Shown: one piece after another, positions 38,706-46,580 of the stretch
Layout of the letters: each line of letters starts with the position of its first letter
Numbering within the stretch: the first letter of the stretch is position 1
IMG/VR virus record: IMGVR_UViG_3300032227_001064
Span: 1-46,580 of that record
Length of the DNA stretch: 46,580 nucleotides
Origin: a virus
Taxonomy: Duplodnaviria > Caudoviricetes
Reading direction: 5' to 3' (one strand)
Notes under the pieces: generated by a model
The model's input: the letters and a program-made list of their open reading frames with translations, nothing else
Databases searched by the model: none
Told to the model about the DNA's origin: nothing
Program-made: the position numbers and the translations under genes

Positions 38706-38891
38706 ATGTTAATAGTTGAAATTAAAAATGGAGAGAACATTGAAAAATCTCTCAAGACATTGAAATCTAAAGTCATCAAGACTAAGCAAAATCAAATTTT
38801 ATTTGATAGAAAGGAGTACAAAAAAAAATCGGTTCGTAAGAGAACCGAGATTTTAAAAGCGAAATATATTCAAAGAAAAAAATTAAATTGA
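38706..38891 (+). CDS. rpsU: Phage-encoded 30S ribosomal protein bS21
   Basis: MLIVEIKNGENIEKSLKTLKSK...RKEYKKKSVRKR...KAKYIQ, Bacteroidota-type bS21 pattern. Confidence 0.9.
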   Translation: MLIVEIKNGENIEKSLKTLKSKVIKTKQNQILFDRKEYKKKSVRKRTEILKAKYIQRKKLN

Positions 38892-39578
38892 GTTTTCTAA
38901 GTTTTTCAACTTTAAAAAATTAAGTTGGTCAAACTTTTCGTTTTTAATTCTTTCTATTGTTTCAGATATTTTTGTTTTTACTTCAAATTCTTGTTCATTT
39001 TCCAAAATAGTATTTAATTTAGAAATAGTACTTTCTCTAAGTGTTTCAAATTTAGTTTCTAACGTTTTTGTATCTTCAGAAATGATTTGAAAAAATTCTT
39101 TTTTTTCATTCTCACTTAAATTTTCAATATAATTTCTCAACGTTTGATTCGCAATATTAACCATCGATTTGATTGGAATATTAATGGACTCTCTAACGGT
39201 TTTTTTCTCAGAAGTTAAAACTTTAACAATATTCTTCTTCGCAGAAACTCTCTCAGATAAAGTAACTTTATTTAAATAAACTAAAGTATCTATATCCGCA
39301 TATTCATTAACTGATTCAGAAATTGTTTTAGGAAGTTTGATTCCACCCAATAATTTTTGAATAAGATTAACACCTTCTTCTAAATAATCTTTGGCATCTG
39401 ATTCGGATAATCCCTGAGGAGTACTTAACTGGTCATATAAAGAATAAACTTTAGACATAGTTTTATTACTCAAAACATTATGTTTGAATTCTCTTAATGA
39501 TTGTTTGAATTCTCCTTCATTTTTGTAGGATTCAATTAAGCTGTTCTCGATTATGGATTTTACTTGCCCGAATGTCAT
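38883..39578 (-). CDS. Hypothetical head-module protein
   Basis: 231-aa helical ORF downstream of portal. TATTTAT upstream. Confidence 0.75.
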   Translation of the reverse strand: MTFGQVKSIIENSLIESYKNEGEFKQSLREFKHNVLSNKTMSKVYSLYDQLSTPQGLSESDAKDYLEEGVNLIQKLLGGIKLPKTISESVNEYADIDTLVYLNKVTLSERVSAKKNIVKVLTSEKKTVRESINIPIKSMVNIANQTLRNYIENLSENEKKEFFQIISEDTKTLETKFETLRESTISKLNTILENEQEFEVKTKISETIERIKNEKFDQLNFLKLKNLENSI

Positions 39579-39601
39579 TGTTGGTAGTTTTAGTATAAAT
39601 A

Positions 39602-41437
39602 CTACAAATTTAATAAGTTATCTAATTCTTTTGAAATTTCTCCCAAAGAATCTTGTCCTTGTCCTAAATCTAAAAATAGTTTTCCCTCAATAAAATTATT
39701 TTCAACTAAAATATTAAGATTATCCATTCTTGATTCTGGTGTTACCTCACCTCCCTCTGCCGGTGGTGGTACTGTTTCTTCTCCTGCAGGTGGTGGTGGT
39801 AGTGCCGCCCCTAAATCACCCCCACCTAAATCACCTCCTGGTGCTGGCGGTGGAGTAGTAGTTGACGCCGCAGATGCAGTTCCTCCTGTGGTAGAACCAT
39901 ATAACTTATCTATGTTATCAAATATTCCTGTTTTTGTAATAACTGTCGGAGTTGCTTTAAGTTCTTCACCCACAGCTCTTTCAATTCTTTGTTGTTGTAA
40001 ATCCAATCTAATTTCTTCATCAGACCAACCAAAGATATGTTTCTTAGCCCAAGTAGATGAAGTTGCTTGAATACCATTTCCTGGGTCAGCAACCAAATCT
40101 TTATAAAGAAGAACTTTTTCTTTCCACACATCAATCTTTAACAAATCAGCTTGAGTTGATGGGTTTGTTAATCCTAATGTAAAGTTTGAAAGTTCGTCTT
40201 CAAAACCTAATAAGAATAAGTGAACAATCGCTATCTTATTCAATTCTTGAATCATGCTCTTTTGGATTCTATTAATCGTACGAGCAAATCTGATATCTTG
40301 TAATGATAAATTTTTACCATCACCAACCACTTCTTCAAATCCTAAGAACGCCTTAGGAACACGAAGAGCCGTTAATAATTTCTTTTGGATATATTCAATA
40401 TCGGCAATCTCAGATAAGTTTGTGGCACCTGGTAAAGTTGTAATTGGGTCTGGAGCTGCTGGGTCTCTCACAGGTATGAAGTAATCTTGGTCAACCGCCA
40501 TTTGGTTGAATCTCATATCTACGTTACCTGTTTTACTATCAACAATTTGTTCTCTCTTGAACTTATTGGCAACACGTTGTACATATGCTTCAACATCGTC
40601 ATCATTCATGTTTCCAACAAACACTTTAAACATTCTTCTTTCAGGTGCTCTTGATGTACGATAAATCAACATCGCATCTTCAGAAAGTAAAAGTTGTTTC
40701 CAAATTCTTCTTGCTTTTTCCAACATAGAAGTACCATAAGGAAGTTTTCTATCATCACCTAACAATCTAAAGTGAGCAATCTCCCATGATTGGAACGTCA
40801 TGTTTTTATTCTTCCAAGTAAATTCTAAGGCTTTTGGTTTTTCAGGTTTTTCAACATTAACGGTAATTTTAGCGCCAGCACCTGCCTCATGTCTTTCAAT
40901 TTCAATTGTTGGTAATTGTTGACATCCAACAATCCCTTTTTCAGGGTCGAGTTTTAGATATACAAAGTTATCACCGTACTTACAAGTGTTTCTTGTCCAC
41001 ATTGGTAAGTTAGTATTGATATCCAATGAGTTGTTGAACAAATCCGCCAATACAGATTTGATACGTTTTGATTCCGAATAAATTTGTAAAATAAAACCAT
41101 CTTCATTTGTTGTTGTAGATTCTTCTGAATATATGTCTAATGCCGCTGAAATCTCAGGAGTATACTCCATTGATTCATAATCATACTGAGCTGAAAGTCT
41201 TGTTGGCTCATAATACATTGCTTGAGAATACATGTTATTCTCAACTTTTGCCCACTGACCTGATAAATAAAATGTTTGTTGTGCTTGTAGTTTTTCCTTC
41301 TCGTATTCATCACGACTTGGAGTACGTAACAACTCCTTCTTATCAAATTTGAAAGTAGGGTAATCTTGATTTAACAAAGAATTTGGACCAAACGTTTTGG
41401 ATAAACGTTGCCAAACGGTCAGATTTTGTTCGCTCAT
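39602..41437 (-). CDS. Portal protein (T4 gp20-like)
   Basis: EDAMLIYRTSRAPERRMFKVFVGNM, DYFIP, ITTLPG, DIEY..KKL..ALRVP. Confidence 0.93.
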   Translation of the reverse strand: MSEQNLTVWQRLSKTFGPNSLLNQDYPTFKFDKKELLRTPSRDEYEKEKLQAQQTFYLSGQWAKVENNMYSQAMYYEPTRLSAQYDYESMEYTPEISAALDIYSEESTTTNEDGFILQIYSESKRIKSVLADLFNNSLDINTNLPMWTRNTCKYGDNFVYLKLDPEKGIVGCQQLPTIEIERHEAGAGAKITVNVEKPEKPKALEFTWKNKNMTFQSWEIAHFRLLGDDRKLPYGTSMLEKARRIWKQLLLSEDAMLIYRTSRAPERRMFKVFVGNMNDDDVEAYVQRVANKFKREQIVDSKTGNVDMRFNQMAVDQDYFIPVRDPAAPDPITTLPGATNLSEIADIEYIQKKLLTALRVPKAFLGFEEVVGDGKNLSLQDIRFARTINRIQKSMIQELNKIAIVHLFLLGFEDELSNFTLGLTNPSTQADLLKIDVWKEKVLLYKDLVADPGNGIQATSSTWAKKHIFGWSDEEIRLDLQQQRIERAVGEELKATPTVITKTGIFDNIDKLYGSTTGGTASAASTTTPPPAPGGDLGGGDLGAALPPPPAGEETVPPPAEGGEVTPESRMDNLNILVENNFIEGKLFLDLGQGQDSLGEISKELDNLLNL

Positions 41438-41475
41438 GGTATAATTTTAACTCGTTTCTTTAATAATATAAATAG

Positions 41476-43236
41476 TTATTTAGCACCAAATAACCATCCA
41501 TATGTCTCATAGTCTTTTTTAGAGGGACCAGAATTGTGTTGTCGACTATCTCTACCCATTTGAGGTACCATAGGGTTAAAGAACTCAGAAGAATTTTTAT
41601 TTTCTGTTACAGTTGTTGCCCATGAGTTCAACATTGCTTTAGTGTGATTTACAACTTTAGTTAACGATTGGAAAGATTTTTCCGCAACATAGATTGCCAT
41701 TGAAATACCCATAATACAGTCGTCATGATGTCCTTTCTGATGGTCGGGTCTACCGTTAACGTAGATAAAGGTGTTCATTTCATTATACAGTCTATGAGAA
41801 TATATTTTAAAATCGTGTCTCGCAGCTTCTTCCAATGAGGCAATTATCTGAACTCTTTTATTGTTAAAATTAATACCAGGTATTTTTTCGTTCATCTTAG
41901 GGTCGTACTTCCATTTGTTACTTGTATCAACATTATCAACATACATACCACCCTGATAACCCATCTCTTGCATTTTTCTTGCAGTCGCAACACCCATACC
42001 TCCCGTTAAATCCACAACACAGTATGCGTTATACATACTTCCCCACTTGTAGGCAATCTCAGCAGTAATGTCTGGAGGGACTTTTCCGACATATTCAAGG
42101 ACTTGTTCCCTTGTATCGAAGTCGATTATCTGAATACAACTAAAGTCCTCAGAATCACCTCTGGATACGTCTACACCCATAACATACTTGTGACCGTTTT
42201 CAGGCTCTTTAAAAATCCATAAAGAACCTCCCATCATTTTAGCTAATGGTTCTCTTAATTGGTTTTTGGATATGTTCTGCATTAATTCAGAATCAAACAC
42301 GTTATCACCCGAACCCAAGAAGTTACATTCTAACTCCTGAGCAACTTTACGTCTATCAAACTTTAATTTTTTAACCATTCCCTCAAACCAAGCCGAACAT
42401 GGTTTATATCCTTTATTAATATAATCTGTTGTAACTGAGTGGTCTCTTTCGTATGGATTCTCAATTGATAAATCCACCACCACATCTTTTGCATAATCTT
42501 CTCTATTCAATAGAAAGTGAACTAAATCATTCGTATTAACCATATACAAATCTTTTGTATATCTTGGGTCGCGATGCCAAAACATTTCAGAAATTTTAAA
42601 ATCATTCATATTTCTTAATGCTTGGTCATAAATTTCATAATAAATTGGGTCGTATCCATTTGGTGTGGATACAACAATAACTTTACCACCCGTAGATAGT
42701 GAGGCCATACACGCTGACCAGAAATCTCCGTCAGCCTCAATGAACGCCGCTTCATCAAAAATAAGAATAGTTGGGGTATAACCTCTCAAGGCATCCTTTG
42801 ATGTTGCAACCGCTTTAACTTCGCAGTCGTTAGTAAGTTTAAAGTGTCTTTGTGAGTTTTTATCTTGTGAAAATCCAACACCTACCCATGATGGCCATTG
42901 TTCTGTAAAGTTTCTAATTTTGTTAGCCATCTCGACAGATGTATCTAACTTATTGGCAATAATAAGAACTTTTTCTGGTTTTTGTTTTTTCGCAAAAACT
43001 AACTTTTTAGATGCCCATGCTGCCGTAACAGTAGATACACCTGCCTGACGATATTTCAATGCAATATTTTCATTGAAGTTATCATAGTCTTCAATGAGAC
43101 TAATTTGGTCAGGGAATAAATCTAATGGAACGTATTTTGATACGGTATTATCGTACGTCTGTAAATAAGTACGAAGTGCATAAGGTGTGTTCCTCATACA
43201 CTTCGTTACTTCTATAATTAATTGTTCTTTAGTCAC
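41476..43236 (-). CDS. Terminase large subunit (T4 gp17-like)
   Basis: KYRQAGVST, LIFDEAAF, VSTPNG, QELECNFLG, MGVDVSRG, HDDCIM. GTG start. Confidence 0.95.
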   Translation of the reverse strand: MTKEQLIIEVTKCMRNTPYALRTYLQTYDNTVSKYVPLDLFPDQISLIEDYDNFNENIALKYRQAGVSTVTAAWASKKLVFAKKQKPEKVLIIANKLDTSVEMANKIRNFTEQWPSWVGVGFSQDKNSQRHFKLTNDCEVKAVATSKDALRGYTPTILIFDEAAFIEADGDFWSACMASLSTGGKVIVVSTPNGYDPIYYEIYDQALRNMNDFKISEMFWHRDPRYTKDLYMVNTNDLVHFLLNREDYAKDVVVDLSIENPYERDHSVTTDYINKGYKPCSAWFEGMVKKLKFDRRKVAQELECNFLGSGDNVFDSELMQNISKNQLREPLAKMMGGSLWIFKEPENGHKYVMGVDVSRGDSEDFSCIQIIDFDTREQVLEYVGKVPPDITAEIAYKWGSMYNAYCVVDLTGGMGVATARKMQEMGYQGGMYVDNVDTSNKWKYDPKMNEKIPGINFNNKRVQIIASLEEAARHDFKIYSHRLYNEMNTFIYVNGRPDHQKGHHDDCIMGISMAIYVAEKSFQSLTKVVNHTKAMLNSWATTVTENKNSSEFFNPMVPQMGRDSRQHNSGPSKKDYETYGWLFGAK

Positions 43237-43242
43237 AAATTA

Positions 43243-44553
43243 TTATTTGGGTCTTGATATCCCCATACTACTGAAAAAATCATCAAGTCCATCATCTTCA
43301 TCATCTTCAGAATCAATTCCTTCTTCTTCCTGATAATCTTCAAATTCACTCTTCATAGTTTGAGCTTCTTTCATGATTTCTTCAAATCTTGAAGTTGCCT
43401 TCCTTACTTTAGACGAATCTTCAGAGATGGCGTTTCCTATGATTTCTAAGAATTCTTGAGCCGGTATTTGGTATAACAAGATATGAAACCAGTTTATTAA
43501 ACCTTTGTTTGATTCATCAAACATTGAGTTTGGTAGAGCGTGTCTAAGTTTTTCTACAATTTCAGGTCCTATTCTTAATTGCATCGGTTCGTTAGATAAT
43601 ACATCCACAGCACCTCTTACTTTATCTCTAATACTTTTATTTTGTGAATGTCCGTGTCTTCCCTTAGCTTCTTCCAATCCTTTGATAATCTCATGACATA
43701 AAATTGGGAATATCATTCCTACCGCAACAATTTTGGTGTCAGGTTGGTCACCATTTTCTTCACCACCCTCTTCACCACCTTCTTCACCTTCATCGTCAGC
43801 ATCTTCTAATGATACTTTACCCGCAACACCTTGACCTGTTTGACTCATCATCTCAATCATTTGTTCCATAGTAAAATACATGAAATCATTGATTGCCATG
43901 ATACCTAAATAATCTCTATAAAGAGATGGGTCTATTTCGTCTAATCTAGCTTTAACTTCAGGTTTTTGGAAAAGGTAGTGTCCCTTTTTTGCCGCTCCTT
44001 GTATTAAGGCGTTTATAATATTTCTTTTATGTTTCTCTAATTCTAATTCTTCTTCGTCAGTTAAATCTTCAACATCAAAAGATGGAATTTCTAATTTATC
44101 TTTTTTCTCTTCCTCTTCATCGTCTTCAGGTTCTTCTGGTTGATATCTGAAATCTGAAGTATCAGGTTGTTCCCCTAAATGAGTCTCAATCTGATATACT
44201 CCTTCAGGTACTTGTTGTTCTTCCAAACAAGCGTCAATAGCTAATTGTTCAAGTTGTTCTTTATTAGACGCTTCAATTCTCATAACATTTTGAAGTCTAC
44301 CCATCATTTCATTGTAAATCATACCTTGAACTTGTTGAGAGCTGATATTACGATTGCCAGTAACTTCTTTAAGTTTGTCTGCAACCTTACCGAATCTTTG
44401 ACTAACCAATCTTTGCACATCAGCAGCTCCTTTCCTCATTGCAGGATTTTGAGCATATAAACTATCAGGACTTGCCAATTTTCTTTCCAAATTTGGGTCC
44501 ATTCTTTCGGGTCTATTACCGTAATCTATCTGTTCTTTTAATTTTTTAGCCAT
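43243..44553 (-). CDS. Acidic hypothetical protein
   Basis: Start moved to ATG 44553 (MAKKLKE). ALIQGAAKKGHY, HEIIKG. Confidence 0.75.
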   Translation of the reverse strand: MAKKLKEQIDYGNRPERMDPNLERKLASPDSLYAQNPAMRKGAADVQRLVSQRFGKVADKLKEVTGNRNISSQQVQGMIYNEMMGRLQNVMRIEASNKEQLEQLAIDACLEEQQVPEGVYQIETHLGEQPDTSDFRYQPEEPEDDEEEEKKDKLEIPSFDVEDLTDEEELELEKHKRNIINALIQGAAKKGHYLFQKPEVKARLDEIDPSLYRDYLGIMAINDFMYFTMEQMIEMMSQTGQGVAGKVSLEDADDEGEEGGEEGGEENGDQPDTKIVAVGMIFPILCHEIIKGLEEAKGRHGHSQNKSIRDKVRGAVDVLSNEPMQLRIGPEIVEKLRHALPNSMFDESNKGLINWFHILLYQIPAQEFLEIIGNAISEDSSKVRKATSRFEEIMKEAQTMKSEFEDYQEEEGIDSEDDEDDGLDDFFSSMGISRPK

Positions 44554-44557
44554 TTTC

Positions 44558-45433
44558 TTATTTTTGTAAAAGTTGCATAATAACATCTAAGACTTCGTCT
44601 TTTGCCTGTTCAGGCGAAACTCTTTTAGCCTTCGGAGATTCTTTTTCACCAGGGTTAGGATTTTTAAAAGGACTTGGTGGTCTTTGAGGTTTTGTACCAG
44701 GTTTTCCTGGTTTTGTTGTTGGCGATGTCTTTGGTTTTGACGGTGCCGTTGCTGGTGATTGTTCACCTACCTCAGACTTCACTTTAGCTGGCTTTGATTT
44801 TCCCCAACCTTGTAAATGTTTTGTTGCGAAGTTTTCACTTTCGCTAAGGTGTTTCACTAAATCACCTTTAGTAATTCTTGGTTGTAAATTTCTTTCTACG
44901 ATATTCATAATTTGTGATTCAAGAAACAAAGATACAGGATTTTTTCCTTCTGCCAATTGTTTTTTTACTTCTCTAACACATCTTTCCCATTTTCTTGATT
45001 TCTTTGGTCCTACTTGAGAATGACAAATAGACCAAGGATTTGGTTTTTGTTTGCCTTCAAACATACCCATTCCATCAGTTTCATCACCAAATCCATCATC
45101 AGATGATGGTCCTACTTGGTGTGGGTCCTGAGTTTCAACATCTTTGTTTGGGTCCATTGTTACTTCTTCCTCTTCACCTAATTCAGATTCATTTGGAGTT
45201 GCAACAACATCACCTGTTGGTGTTTTCTTTACGTTATATCCTTTTGGTGATGGAGGTAAATTTCCACCTTCTTGTCCAACTTTATAACTTTTTTTAGCGG
45301 GCATTTCTTGAACTTGTTCAGACAAAAATAACTTACTATGTAAGGTATCAACTTGTGATTCAGTTAATTTAGAAACAGTTTTTGCTGTCATTCCTTTATC
45401 AATAAGTTGAAGGGCTTTTTTACTAATTTTCAT
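44558..45433 (-). CDS. Hypothetical low-complexity protein
   Basis: 291-aa ORF with NPWSICHSQ...WERCV motif and Pro/Lys-rich tail. Confidence 0.75.
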   Translation of the reverse strand: MKISKKALQLIDKGMTAKTVSKLTESQVDTLHSKLFLSEQVQEMPAKKSYKVGQEGGNLPPSPKGYNVKKTPTGDVVATPNESELGEEEEVTMDPNKDVETQDPHQVGPSSDDGFGDETDGMGMFEGKQKPNPWSICHSQVGPKKSRKWERCVREVKKQLAEGKNPVSLFLESQIMNIVERNLQPRITKGDLVKHLSESENFATKHLQGWGKSKPAKVKSEVGEQSPATAPSKPKTSPTTKPGKPGTKPQRPPSPFKNPNPGEKESPKAKRVSPEQAKDEVLDVIMQLLQK

Positions 45434-45818
45434 ATACTACTTTCTTTTCAAATTCTAATATCAAATCTCTTTCATAGAGTTTGTTTTTTATTTCTTCTTC
45501 AGTTTCTCCAAACTTAAAGACCAATCTTGTCTTTATGTTTTCATCTTCGGCCTCCCACGCTAATGCAACCACATCATCCATTGCATCTATCATACAAAAA
45601 AAATCGGAGTTCTGAATCAATTCCAATTTTATATCAGTATTTCTCAGAACTCCAACCTTCTTAATATATTTTAAATCAGGTGGAGTTGGATAACCGTTAC
45701 ATGGTTTACTTTCCCAAGACTCCCCCCAAACATCTTTTTCACCAGAGAAAATAAACTCGTAAAGATTGTCCCCTTTATAATTGGGTCCTAAACCGTTTAC
45801 GTAGATTAAATAACTCAT
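45423..45818 (-). CDS. Hypothetical protein
   Basis: 131-aa ORF overlapping both neighbours. Confidence 0.75.
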   Translation of the reverse strand: MSYLIYVNGLGPNYKGDNLYEFIFSGEKDVWGESWESKPCNGYPTPPDLKYIKKVGVLRNTDIKLELIQNSDFFCMIDAMDDVVALAWEAEDENIKTRLVFKFGETEEEIKNKLYERDLILEFEKKVVYEN

Positions 45819-46580
45819 AGTACTAATCCCTCTGGTGAAATTTTCTTTTGTTGACCTTTATTTTCAAACACCAAGTTTTTCTTGTTTGTTTTTCCAATAA
45901 AAGTATAGTTATAATTTTCTTCTAAGAATTTCTTAGCAGCTAATTCTTGTTCAATCGTTTCAGTCATTTTAACAACTGAATTCATTACATTATTAACTTT
46001 AGATTTAATTCTTATTTTTTTATCAGCCTTTCTTTCTGCAGATTCTCTAATCTCTTTTTTTGTGACTTCAAAATATTTTGAAATTACTTTATCAACTTTA
46101 GATTCTTTAAAGATACTGTCCATGATTGCTCCGTTACCTGGTTCCATTCCTGTCATATCTTCACCACCTTCAACTGGAACATCCATATCCGCTTGAATAT
46201 CTTCAACTTCAGTATCGTCAGTAAAATCTTGACCGTCCATGTCATCACCACCTAAGTTTTCAGTATCTTCTTCAAATTTAGATAGGATATCTTCCTTGTC
46301 TTCTTCAGATAAATTAGCCAATTCTAAAGAAGATAAAACCATATTAATAACATATTTGATATTTTCAGAAGTCATTCCTTCTTCATTATCTAATACTCTA
46401 ATTTTTTGAGTTAACTTACCCGTCAATTTTTGGATTGTTTTAAAAGTGACTTGGTCTTCTTGACCTCCACCCATTTCTGCATTCATATCAACGTCCATTT
46501 CTTCACCACCCATTTCTGCATTCATATCAACGTTCATATCTTCACCACCTTGTTCCATTCCCATATCAGCACCCATATCA
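45815..46580 (-). CDS. Acidic Met/Asp/Gly-rich protein (partial, begins beyond the right edge)
   Basis: Open to the window edge. Repeated VDMNAEMGG. Confidence 0.7.
   Translation of the reverse strand, partial: DMGADMGMEQGGEDMNVDMNAEMGGEEMDVDMNAEMGGGQEDQVTFKTIQKLTGKLTQKIRVLDNEEGMTSENIKYVINMVLSSLELANLSEEDKEDILSKFEEDTENLGGDDMDGQDFTDDTEVEDIQADMDVPVEGGEDMTGMEPGNGAIMDSIFKESKVDKVISKYFEVTKKEIRESAERKADKKIRIKSKVNNVMNSVVKMTETIEQELAAKKFLEENYNYTFIGKTNKKNLVFENKGQQKKISPEGLVL

Noticed and set aside
4751-45297. Numerous short ORF-track entries overlapping larger genes (e.g. 4751, 5333, 9227, 17083, 20496, 22946, 26701, 33401-34030, 36342, 40254, 43505)
   Set aside because: They lie antisense or out of frame inside well-supported genes and show no recognisable motifs.
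1-46580. Eukaryotic giant virus or cellular origin, suggested by mucin-like repeats and a plant-like GME
   Set aside because: T4-like capsid, portal, protease and terminase, bS21, operonic overlaps and intrinsic terminators indicate a bacteriophage.
1-46580. tRNA, rRNA, introns or inteins in capsid, portal or terminase genes
   Set aside because: No cloverleaf or intein motifs were seen, intergenic gaps are short, and the core genes are continuous.

Overview
AT-rich segment of a very large T4-like (jumbo/'huge') myophage genome, standard genetic code, most likely infecting Bacteroidota. Host evidence: a Flavobacterium-type bS21 gene, a DUF4494-like gene, a perfect TTTG-N19-TAnnTTTG promoter and no obvious Shine-Dalgarno sites. 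Left to right the window holds: (i) minus-strand Cys-rich, Pro/Thr-linker (mucin-like) putative virion proteins, including a tandem duplication; (ii) plus-strand hypotheticals and a WYL protein; (iii) a ~14 kb glycan-synthesis cluster (GT4-, GT2-, GT11- and GT10-like transferases, three methyltransferases, two SDR epimerases including a GDP-mannose 3,5-epimerase-like enzyme) mixed with an exonuclease, dUTPase and PhoH; (iv) a gp55-like sigma factor interrupted by one in-frame TAA; (v) baseplate/structural genes and an HNH-type endonuclease; (vi) the minus-strand head module (major capsid, scaffold, prohead protease, portal, large terminase) with an antisense ribosomal protein bS21. The most notable signals are: a strongly enriched [S/T]-G-x-T motif in putative virion proteins but not in the enzymes, which with the PT-rich linkers and glycosyltransferase cluster suggests a phage-encoded virion glycosylation system; a TATTTAT element upstream of about 15 late genes (reverse complement of the T4 late promoter core, four times only 4 nt before the ATG); the split sigma factor; and candidate protease-cleaved head-targeting leader peptides. 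All family calls come from motif recognition by eye, not database searches.
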